Shown here piece by piece: positions 24,701 through 36,700 of a stretch of 64,000 nucleotides of DNA. This DNA comes from Klebsormidium nitens (Eukaryota; Plantae; Klebsormidiophyceae): NCBI GenBank assembly GCA_000708835.1, contig DF237037.1, forward strand, positions 62,001 through 126,000, given 5' to 3'. A model generated the notes under the pieces. It saw only the letters and a list, made by a program, of their open reading frames with translations. It was not told the origin of the DNA and made no database searches. The first letter of the stretch is position 1; the number at the start of each line of letters is the position of its first letter. The translations under genes and the position numbers were made by a program.

Positions 24701-27700
24701 CCTAATCAAAAGCTTTTTTTCCGGTCCCGCCCAGGCGCTGGTGGCGGCGTGCATCGGCGAGGACAGCCCGTGCGTGGCGGAGCTGTCGCGCGTGGTGCAG
24801 GACAAGACAGAGGGCAACCCGTTCTACGAGCTGCAGTTCCTGAGCGCGCTCGTGCGTGACGGCCTGCTCTACTTCGACAAGGACACCGGCCAGTGCAGGT
24901 ATGCTAAAGTCAGCACCGGGAAGATGGAAACACAACATAAATTAACTGGAGAAATGTGACTCTAGTGCGACTGTGCGAGGAGCGCGCTCGTGCGTGATGG
25001 CCTGCTTCATTTTGACGCGGACATCGGCCAGGTGCAGGTGGAGCCGTTGGCGTCAGTAACTTGCGTTTTGAAATCAGGGTTTGCTAACGACTCCTTTTCG
25101 AGCGCTCTTCCACAACAGCCTGCTCTGATTCGACAAGGTGCAGAATGTGGCCGCTGACGTCAGCACTCTCGATACACGTTAGAAACGAGGTGCAGCGATT
25201 CTAGCCCCTCGATTGGATTTTGAGGTCTTGGCTCCTGGATCTTGTCACCTTGTGCAAACTTGTCAAATTACCGTATCAAAACGCTTCCGTTGCATGCAGA
25301 GCGACCAGCACGCCTGCGCACATCACCGCAGGTCACGACGAAACTTTGGGGAACTCTGACACGAAGGGGCTCTGGGTTTCGTACGTTCAGTAATTTTGAC
25401 TTGGGAAATGTAAGTTTACCTTCTCCGGGGGCCTTGGCAGGTGTTACAACATGGCGCAGCTGCGCACATTGCCGCAGGTAATGATGAAGTTGGCAGGATT
25501 CATCAAACTAAGAAGCCCTGACTTTCTTGACCCCCTTCTTGACGGAGGCTCACCTTCTCCGGGGCCTTTTGCAGGTGTTACGACATGGCGCAGCTGCGCG
25601 CGTCGGCGCAGGTGACGGTCAACGTGGTCGACTTCATGGCGGACGAGCTGCGCACGCGCCTGCCCGCGCCCACGCGCGCCGTGCTGTCGCAGGCCGCCTG
25701 CCTCGGCGACGGCTTCACGCTTACCATGCTCGCGCTCGTCTGCCAAAAGGTGAGCCCCGACGCACTGTGAGGCTGCGTGCATTGTACGTTTCTGTGGGGT
25801 CTGTTCATAAAGACGTCGTTCACTTCATCAATTGCTCAAGTCCTTTCTATCACGAGTTGTCCATCTGAAAAATGTATTCGTCCTCGCTTGATTTCTATTC
25901 AAAACAGAGTAATTAGAGTGCCTGAAGGGTGCGGCAGGAATGTACTCAGATGCTCACGTGTGTTTTGCCGGTGAATGTGATCAACGCTTCTTGAGTTTCG
26001 TAAGGTCAAATCTGATCGTCTCTTCGGGATGCCTAGCGTTTTGGCCTTCTAAAGCATTCCCTCCTGCTGTTCTTACTCGGTCAAGCGACCCTGGGGCAAG
26101 GCAAAAAGACGAGGAAATATGACAAGAGAATGGAGCAACGCTTGGGAAGGGGCCAGTCGCATGCTGTCGTTCATTCAGACTGTCCTGACAGTCGAGTGGT
26201 CGGGGTCCCTGGCCAGCCAGCCCAACTTTCACGCATAGTCTTCTTGGATCGCGCTGGCCGATCAATAAAGCCGAAGTTACGCGTGCCCTTATGCCGAGAC
26301 GTGACGACGATACGCGGGCCTGTAAGTCATCTGACCGCTAAGAAACAAGGTGGCTTTGCTGTCCACCTTCTTTAAGATAGGTAAGCCCAGAACTTGTTGA
26401 GGATCTGCACTGCAGCAAACGAAGAAGTTCGCACCGGGTTCTTGTGAGCAACCCGGCTCCGGCAGGTTGTCCACTTTAAGGAATCTTGCGACTCGTGAAG
26501 AGCCCGAAAGTCTTGTAAAGACCTGACTCGAGGAAATGCCTAACCTTGAAACGCCTTTTTCCCTAACCCTAGAGCGCTTATATTTTGGTTTTGCCAACGC
26601 TCGTTTCCCCACCCTGCGCAGCCTACCAAGGAGCTTATCAACAAGCTGTGGCCGGCTTTGACGGCGGGCTTTTTGCTGTCGGTTGGAGACGAGTACTGCG
26701 AGCAACGCGATCAAGACCCGACCGCCCTTGACGCCGCCCGGTTCAACTTCCGCCACGACCGCATTCGCGAGGTGAGGCACGTGGGCATGCCACCTGAAGC
26801 CACGTGGCAAGGCAAGCTGGTGAACATTGCGGCGGAATCACGATCGGGCATACATAAGAGTACTCTGGTGAATTGACTGTCCGGAACTTGAGCACAATTT
26901 TTAAGGTGGGGAAATCTGCAAAACTAACGTGTCGTGCTTTGTGGGCTTCCAAAGACGGAATGTCGTGTGAATTTTGGTGGGAGGTTGAATTGACACAAAG
27001 ATGAAGGGACTTTCTATGCGAGCATTGTTGACAATCTGGCTGTTTGCCGTTTCCTAGGAGCTGACCCTAACGTTGCGTTGGCCACTCCTTTACTCGTTCC
27101 CTTGCAGTCATGGGACCCTAAAACCCTGACTTCCTGAAACCATACGGGCCTAGAGATTGGTCAGACTCTCTTTCTAGTGTATCGAACCCCAGCCTGGCTT
27201 TCGCAGGCCGCTTCCCAGGAGCTGACCGCCTCGGGGCCGCTGATATCATGTTGGCCACTTCCTTGCTTCCTTTGTTCCGTCAACTTTAGAACTCTCTAGT
27301 CGTGTTCTTGTGAATTCGAGTACTTTTCTCTTTGTAAGATTTACCGACTTGACTCATTCCAGGCCGCATACCACAGCTGACCGCCTCGGGCCCGCTGATC
27401 TCGTGTTGGCCACTTCCTTACTTCCTCTGTTCCGTCAACTCTTCACCTTTCTAGTCGTGTTCTTGGAAACCCGACTCGGCTCTTTTGCAGGCCGCGTACC
27501 AGGAGCTGTCCGCCGAGGAGCGCCCCGAGGTGCACCTGCGCGTCGGGCGGCGGTTGCTCGACGGCATGAGCGCGGCGCAGTACGAGGAGCACGCGTTCGC
27601 TGTCCTACACCACTTCAACCAGGCACTGCCGCTCATCACCGACCCCGTCGAGCGCTTACGGCTCTCACACGCCAACCTCGCTGCAGGTCAGGACCCCCGC

Positions 27701-30700
27701 CCGTATTTTCCGTTTTTGGCGCTTGCCTTCTGGTAGAGTGATGTTTTCAAGTCGATGAAGTCGATCATAAATCCGAGATGTCCAAGGGCACGTGTGCGCA
27801 TATCATCGCCCCCTTGGAGCGCAACGTCTCGGGCTTGCCAACCTCGCTGCAGGTCAGACTGCATGTCATGGCCAGTCTCAGCACAAGACATTTTCTAGCG
27901 CTCGTTATCCAGGAAAACACTGCAGTAACCAAATGGTGTCAATCATGAAAGCATTCGTCTAGAGACTCCTATGTCTGATTGCCGACCACTCGGAGCAATT
28001 ACGCCTCGCAAACGCCAACCTAGCCGGAGGTCAGACTGCGTAGTCACGACGCTGCGCTTAAATCATCTGGTGCACGTTGATGGATTAGACCTTGATTTTG
28101 GACCTTCTGTGAGCTTTTCACCGACCCCATAGAGTGTCTCCGCTTCGCACAGGCCCACCTCGCAGCAGACCAGACCGCCTAGAATATTGTAACTGTATCT
28201 CGTCCCTTAGTGTAGGGCTGTACTTCAAGAGGTGGTCCCATGAGAAGCCCGGAATGTTCGGAAAGTTGTTTGTTATGGGGAGTGTAGAATCTCTTTCCTG
28301 GTCGAAATGAACCCTCTATGGAGGCCGCCTTCTCATACGAAGGCGTGGCAATGCAAGCATCTATCGTGACACTACTGCTTCCTCTGAAGATACGCTATTG
28401 TTCACGCAGGTCGGAAAGCCAAGGCGGCAACCGCATACGAGGCCGCCCTGCAATACGTTCGCTGCGCCCAAGAGCTGCTCGGAGCGGCGCCAGAGTCGTG
28501 GGCCCAGCAACCACAGCTTGCGTTGGACATCCAACTGGAAGAGGCCACGTGTCTCTCCCTTACAGGTAGGCTCTCCAGACTGCGATGAGTAACGGACACA
28601 ATCTGCTCTAGAACTTGTGGCATCTAGTGTGGATGGCTGGCGAGGCAATCTAACCTCCGAACAAAGATATGTCGCTTGCATGCGTGTGGCGTGTTATGTC
28701 AATCATAGTTAACATCTTTCTCACCGACGGGGGTCCGTGGCTGCTCCATTGTCGGAGATCCCTGACAGATTTTGAGATGTCGATTTCGTGGCCCCTTATT
28801 TGCTCACATGTGCACTTAACTTATGGGTATTGTGTACATGAGTTTTGGGCATCACTCAGCGTCTCATCAACTTTGTTTGCCACGAATCGACAATTTCGTT
28901 GACAGGCCAGCATGGCGATGCGCTGGCACTGCTGGACCAGCTCAAGGAGCGGATGCGGGGCGACACGGACAGCATGCTGCGCATCCTGGAGCTGCGGATG
29001 CAGGCTCTGACTCTCGCGGGACAGGTACGAATCGGCTCCTAGCTCTGGTTTTGACTATTTCAATTTCGAGGGATGATAATGCTAGGGTCTCAAGCTTGAC
29101 TACAGGATTGCCGCTCCAAATGTGACACAGCGTCCGCTGAGGTGTGAGCATCACCGCGTTTGGTTTGGGCTCCCAGCATATTTGCTCTCGCTCGTCTCAT
29201 GTGGCCTCGTTAGCACAGGCGCAGCAAAGAGGACAACACGTGGGCGGACCTGATCAAGTTGTCCTGTTTTGTTCGTTGCTAACTAGGCGTATAAAGTCAT
29301 AGCACTGCGTATGCTGCCTCACAGCCGTCTTTCTTGCCGCTGGCTGCTTGATGAACTGTTTGGAGGCCTTGTCGGTTGCGATTTTTCCAGACACCGTGTG
29401 CTGACGTCATTGTCATCATTCAGACAACGTATGCTGATGTCATCATGCTCCTGACCACCCAGTTGCTCGAGACTCTGTTCGACGCCGCCGAAGGCCTGGC
29501 CATGCTTGGGGCCCCGCTGCCCATGTTAGACGCCGAGATCGAATCGGCGATCCCGGGGGAGCACGCGCAACTAGAGCGAGCTCTTTCCCAAATGGATTCC
29601 GACAGCCTCGCGGCGCTCCCAGTCATGACCGACACCCACACGCTCGCCGTTATCCGACTGATGGACCGGCTTATGATGGCCGGATACTGCGCCGGACGAG
29701 TACGGCTGATCCACCTCATCACGCTTCGCATGCTAGCGCTAGTGTTACAGGGGGGCCACTCGCCGTTGGCCTGCTTGGCACTCCCGCTCTACGCCAACTT
29801 CTTTCTGATTCGGCTTAAGGAATACGACCGAGGTCACGAGCTTAGCAAAGTCGCGCTACGAGTGATGGACCGTTTCGCGGATCAGACGCGGCGCGGGCAG
29901 TTCAACGTGGCCATGGCAACGTCCGTCGTGCACTGGAAGGGAACCTTTGACGTGAGCTTCATTCCTCATTACCTCCCAAGTCTCCGCTTGATTATAATCG
30001 CCCCTTCCATCCATCGCCCTCATTGCCTGCAGCTGAGGGGACCTGTCTTGATTGATTTCTTGGTAGGATCAAGTTGAACGTGTTCACATGCCCTCGCAAG
30101 TCGTCTCATGCATGTCCTGTGTGCTTGCCCTCGCTATCTGTTGATCTTTTACTTGATTCTTTGCTTAACCCCGGTTGTGACGCCTTCGACAACGATACAG
30201 CTCTACTTCGCCTACTGCAAGATTTTGTACAAACTACGAGGTGCTTGAGGACCCCACGAGTCTGCTTGAGTGGCCGCCTCTGACCGCAACCTGACCGACT
30301 TGCAGGGTTCAGGATCGCAAATAGTTGAGATTTGCAAGAACCGTCTGGGTATGTGCACGCCGCAGAATTCGATCAATCTGCTCGACATGCACGCCGGGCA
30401 GAACCTCGACATTGTCGAACTTCAGCTTAACCTTCTCGAAAGACTCCACGATCGCAAGTGTCCCGTTTTTCCTAGCTGCTTTCTCTATCTGTGGACTTTG
30501 CAGGATTCCATTAACTTGCTAGACGTGGGCGCCGGGCAGAGCCTCGACAGCGGAGACCACGTGTACGCCGCGTTCAATCTGTCGTTCTCCCGCCTCTTCG
30601 AGTTCCACAAGGGGCTCCCCCTGCCGAAACTCCGCGCCAACATCGCCAGTGCCGTCCGCACGCTGCAGCGCATGAAGGAGAACCAGCAGCGGGGACTTGC

Positions 30701-33700
30701 GCTTGCTCTAGATCATGTTGCCAGGTAACACAAACGCTATCGGTAATTTTGCGGAGTTTGGGCAGTCCATACGCTGCAGCTTATGAAAGAGAGCCCTCCT
30801 ACACTGTTCGCTTGTGGTTGTGCTGGGGCCATGCACTATGTTCTGTTCGAATCGAATCTTTGTATCTCTGGGTCTCATGAAGTGTGCTTCACGAGTCGAT
30901 CCGAGGACCTACTTTTGCTGCTCATCCGTCGGCTTGGTTGGAAGCGGGCGGGCGCGGTTCGTCAGAGTCGCTTGTGAACACGCTTTCGGCACCTCAGACT
31001 GCGCAGAGGGGTGCTTGGAAACTATCGCTGTGTGCCTACTCGCACAGAAAGACTGGCTTTCCCACAGCTGAATAACATCAGTTTTGCGCCTTAAGTGAGA
31101 CTAGAACTCCTCGAGCGCCAGATTTGATACAACAGAGAGAGGAGACCATAAAAAGAGAGGCAAAAGTGAAAAGAAGAAAAGAATTGTTTGACCGCGTAAC
31201 CCGCTCCAAGCTCCGTCTCACTGATGTGCAGCGTTTTGTCGGGCGAGTCTCCAAACGTGCGGGTCGGCACCATCAGACTGCGGAGATCGGTGCTCAAAAC
31301 ATGTCGCTGCGCACCTTCTCGCACGGAAAAGCTGATTTTCGAAGCCTTATGTTTGACTTCACACACTGCTAACAAACTCTATTTTACACTTGTGCAGCGT
31401 TTTGTCTGGCGAATCGCCGAACGTGCGGGTCGGCACCCTCATCGAGGATGCGGTGTGGGAAGACGCGGCCTTTCTGCACGAGAATGTCGCTAACCACCTG
31501 AACCTAGCCTCTTATCAGCTGCTGAAGATTGCGGCCCTGTGCCACCTGCAAGAGTACCGGTAAGCAGAGCTAATCAATATCATCCCATGGGCGGACATTT
31601 TCGGAGGCCTGTGTTCTGGAACCTCAACAAAAATTCACGAACCGCCGAGTTTGCTGAGTAAATTCGCAAATTTCCTGAGGTTAGTAGTGGAATTACATCC
31701 AGCTGTTCCAGCTTGGTAACACGTTGGAAAGACGAACTCGAAAGGGCCAACAGTAGATCAGCCGTATCTCTCTTGCTCATCATTCTCGTTGGTGAAGACC
31801 TGGCTCTGAAGCTTGGGTGCCAATTTCTAACGCAAATTGCCGTCGTTTGGACCATTTTGAACGTGCTGAACAGAAAACTTTGCCTTACGATCTGTGGATT
31901 TGAATTGCAGGTCCACCTTGCAAATGAAGCAGTAACTTTCTCCACACAAGGAAATCAAAAGCTCAAACATACTAATCAGAAGCATAATGCCCGCTCTTGC
32001 TTTACCGTTTTCTCCCTTCGTCCTCCTCAGAGCTCTGCTAAAGGTGGTAGCCGCGGTGGAGCCGACCCGCGAGGTGCTGCAACCAATTGTCTTTTCCGTA
32101 CTACTATCCTTCTATGAGGCTCTCGCATGCGCTCAGCTCCTGCCCGCCCGTGTCCCTGGCGCCCCGGCCCCTCATCCGAGTTCTGAAGCCGCCTACTGGG
32201 AGCGCCGGCTTGGAGAGTGCGTATATCCAGAAGTTGTGTTTGGGCGGTGATCTTTCTCTGCACCTACTCGATATTGCTGCGCTTAAGTGGTTGAAAGATC
32301 TTCTTCCTTGGCTCGCAAAGGAAGTAGTGGCAATAGGAAGCATCCGGCTCGTATGCGACTTTGGATTGAACTCGCAAAGTAGAAAGAGGCTCGACGTTGG
32401 GCTGAATTATGATCCTGCTTTGCACCTGCCGTAATGTCAATAGAAGCTCGATGCCGGGGTTCCGGTTGCGGAAATGCTTTGCACATATACAGCCTTCTGC
32501 TTTAACAACGAGGTTTTGTCCTTGTGTTTGAACCCAAACTTTCCGTCGAACCTACACGTCATGGTTACTCGACTCTTCCGTCTCGAAATCTTCTTCCTCC
32601 CAAAAATGGTCAATCTTGTATCGAGAGTTCCGACCCCACGTTCCACCGGCAGGTGCGTTGATGCTCTCAAAGAGTACGGCGATGTGAACCCCCCTCTTCA
32701 CGGGCACCGTTACTGGCTCGCCTTCGCGGAGCAGCAGCGCTTGGAAGGCGACCACCTAGCAGCAGAAGTGGCGTATGAGAAGGCCATCGACGGTGCAGAG
32801 GCGGGCAACTTCCTTCAGGTCGGCCGCCGTTTTGCGTCAACCTGCTCAGTGTCCCGAGTCTGCCAGCTTGTGCAGATTCGTCGTTCAACAAGTCGCAAGA
32901 CAAACTTTCGTGCTGAGGGCTTTCGGAGTATTTGCTTCTGTTAACAGATGAGTTGCAGGAAGCAGATTCGCCTTGCCTCTTCGAAACTTTATCGAAGCGA
33001 GTCTATCGGAGATGGACACTGATGTTAGATGCGGCAAGGAGGCAGCCGATGCTAGCCTCCTCAACTATAATCATCTTTCAATCAACTGCTGGGCCTGCAT
33101 GTCGCCGACCTCTTCTCCGCAACTCATCGACCTGAACACTCACCACCTATCAACGCTCCTGGTTTCATAGCTTCAACCCTGACCTCGTGTTCTTGTTGTC
33201 CAGGACATCGGTTTGGCACACTTGCTCGCAAGCCGCCACTACGCGGCGGCCGGCCGACGCCGCACCGCAGCGTGGCACCTCACCGAGGCGCAAGACGCTT
33301 ACGCCGCCTGGGGGGGGGCCGCGGTGGTCCAGCGCCTGCCAATCATCCCCCCCCACCAGCGGCCCGGACGGCATAAGCCGGCGGCCCCGCCGCGTCGAAG
33401 CGCATCCCCGAGCACAGACTCGGCACTCAACACAACCACAATCGATTCACTTCAGCCCGTCGGGCAGTTGACGGAGGACAGCTTACAGAGCCTCGACGTG
33501 CGCGCAGTGCTGGCCGCGTCGCAGACCCTGAGTAGCGAGATCGTGCGGGAGGCGTTGTTGGAAAAGTTGCTGAATATAGTGATGGAAGTGGCAGGCGCGC
33601 GTTACGTCGTGCTCGTGCTGCAGCGGTCGGGCGAGAGCGGGTGGTTTCTTGAAGGGAGCGCGAGTGTTGCCGGTCGCGCGGCCGGGAAGCGACCAGAGGA

Positions 33701-36700
33701 CCCGACGGAAACAAAGCGCTTCAGGTAGTTATTTGCTTCTTGCGAATATCATTCTCGTATCGATCTTTGCACCTCGGAAAGCCTCAACTATTGATCATCA
33801 GAGTTTGAATGGTTTGGCAGACGTAGGGCTACTTTTTAGATTGATCGTTATTGACCAGTTACGCCTCTTGATAATAATCTAACACTATTGGCCAGGTAAG
33901 GAAGTAGTCATTTTCTGCCAGATTGTCACCTCGGGCAGTGGCTAGAGCTGATGCGCTGATTGAAAGGGACAACTCTCAGTTGGTCATGGGTCCACTTCGA
34001 GGGTGTTGCACGCTCGACGCTATTCAAAGTTCGCTGCCAGTCGCGTTTTGCAGTCCTAGTGCTCCAGTTTCAGACCCCCGTAAACTCACTCCATACCCCT
34101 TCGCCATTCTGCTTCAGGTTTGCGGATGATACTGCAGCTCAAATGTCGGAAGGAGTGCTGACCAAACTGGCCCCCATGCCGCTGAGTGCGGCGGGCGCGT
34201 TGGTTCCCCAGGCGCTTGTGTTGTACGTTTCGCGGACGCAGGAGGTGGTGATGCTGAAGGGGGGGGGGCAGGCGGCCGCCGTCAAAGACCCGTACCTGGA
34301 CCGGCACCAACCGCAGTCGGTGTTGTGCATGCCCATTGTGCGGCACGGAGGTGAGGTTTTAGTGTTTGGAAAGCGATGGTAACTCTAAGTTCCGTACTTA
34401 GACGAGGTCAACCGACGTTTGCCATGTAACAGGACAGAGGACCACTATCACAATCGAAAGAATCGAAACCAGATTGATTGATGGTGTTTCAAATGTGGAT
34501 CTAATTTCGGGTTCTGGTTGAATTTTGGGTTTTTGAGACAGAGGACAGGGGTTTGACTGGAATCAGACCGATGATCATTAGCAGTGGAAGCACGCCCCAA
34601 ACTCGCGACACGAAACATCACAGCCTGGACCTCCGTACAAGAAGCCGGTCGCTCTTGCATCGCCTTTCAGACCCGTTTGACGTTGTTACTTTGGGCTTTG
34701 TGCTGCACAAAAGACCGACCGTCTCTACATCGACGAGTTCCACTTTAGCCATTCAAAAAAGACACTTCGGAGGCCTCTCTTCGTTCTTAGCAAAAAACGA
34801 CCTGCTCGGGGCTCGATTGCTGTCTGTCAGCCCTTTCTTGAGACCGCGAAACAAATGCAAAATGCGCAGAGATGGGCGGTGTGACGGACGTGGAGCATAC
34901 TTAGCTCCTCGAGGGCCAGACTGCTGCTGGTCAGCCCTTTTTCAAGACTGTTTTGGAGGTCAGCTACCCAAATAATAACTGTTTGCTGAGCCGGAAACCA
35001 ATGCAAACGGTGCAGAGGTGGGCGGTGTGTTATACGTGGAGCACGACCTGCTGCCGGACGCGTTCCCCGCTGCGCGCATCCAGACGCTGGCCATGCTGAG
35101 CGCGCAGATCGCCATCAGCATCGAGAACAGCGACATGTATGCCGAGGTGCGTGCCGCCGATCCAATGCCCCCTTTGTTTTCCGGAGACTGAACCGGTTTA
35201 TACGGCGTCTTAGAGGTCAAGCGAATGGCCCATTTGATTCAAACCAACCAAGGACGACTGTCGGATCGTAAGGAAGATTTAAAAAGGTCGGTTTCATGAG
35301 CACCTGGGTAGCTGCGAACTAGCCCATCTGGCGACTGCACACGCCTTCCAAAGCTCCAAAGTATCTCATCCAGAAGTCACTTTGTCGTAAACTCACTGTG
35401 CATACGGTGACCATGCACTGCGCTTCGCCTGTGCGTAGCGGCTAGTCGCACTGCTTTAAAGTGGTCACGTGTCTGCAGATGCGGAGCCGCGAAGTCGAGC
35501 TCCTGACGGCCAAGAACTTGGCAGAGGAGGCAACAAGAGCCAAAAGCCTCTTTCTGGGTAAGGACACTTCCCGCTCGTTTGCGGCCGAAGCTCGTCATTT
35601 GCAGTGTGCGGACAATGTGCACGGACCCTTAAGAGCGGATGACGTAACGCAGCTTCAGGTTCGCGTCGTTATGATCAACTTGAGCCAATGTCGGAACTTT
35701 AGGGAGCGGCGGCTCCCTCCCAGCGCTGACGGCGTGCTTGGAACAATAAGAGGACAGCATGACCAGAAAACGAGTGTTTGGCAGCCCGCCGTGCCTCCGT
35801 TTATTGCTCATCAGTCTCATCCTTTCCAGCAACTGTTGTGCCTTTTCTTCCTCTCATTATTTGATCACCCGTTACTCTTGATTGGATCCGTTTGAAGAAT
35901 TTTTGCACTCATCGTCCCTCATCTTTTCAAGTGATCACTGAAAACTCAACTGATCACTCGTCATCGACCGACTGCCGTATTGTTTCAATGTCTCATCATT
36001 CCTGGCTAAGAAAGTGAATGCATCTCCCCCTCCCTGCAGCGACTATGTCGCACGAGATCCGCACCCCCTTGAACGCGATCATCGGCATGACGTCACTCCT
36101 GCTTGGCACGGACCTGTGGCGGGAACACCACGAGTGCGTGGAGACCATTCGGCAGTCGGGCGACCAACTTCTTGGCCTGGTGAGAGGGCAGCACTTCTCT
36201 AGTTTTTCGCTGGATTTGAACATGTAGAAATGTAGGTGTTGCAGATAGTCTCTTGAAAAGGTTTGGAAATGGAGTCTTCCCCTATTTGTAGTTAGTATTC
36301 TTGACAAATGCACCGGGCTGCAGCTGCCGTTTTCTTTACGAGCAGCCTAACTGGAAAGTCTTGGGAACGCTGGCAGGTAGTCGCAAATTGTTTATACTGA
36401 CGTTAAGCGCTGGTTGCCTCAATCTTCTATGTTCATGTCATCAGAAGTACGTCCTCATGTAAAAGCAACAGCTTATGAAGAGGAGCCATCCGTTGTATTG
36501 CGTATACGTCGCCCAGGAGGCACTCTCAACCTCAACGAGGATTGCACGCTTCCAACTTTCCTCCCGCCATCTTCGTCCGCAGATAAGCGACATTCTGGAC
36601 TTCAGCAAAATCGAGGCGCGCACTCTAGAGCTGGAGTCGGCGCCCTTCAGCGTGCGGCAGTGCCTCGAGGAGGCCGCCGATTTGGTCGCCGCCAAAGCCG

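Noticed and set aside
32221-32226. GTATAT as donor of kinase exon 18
   Set aside because: It gives phase 0 and an immediate stop in the next exon; the GTGCGT donor at 32217 restores the frame.
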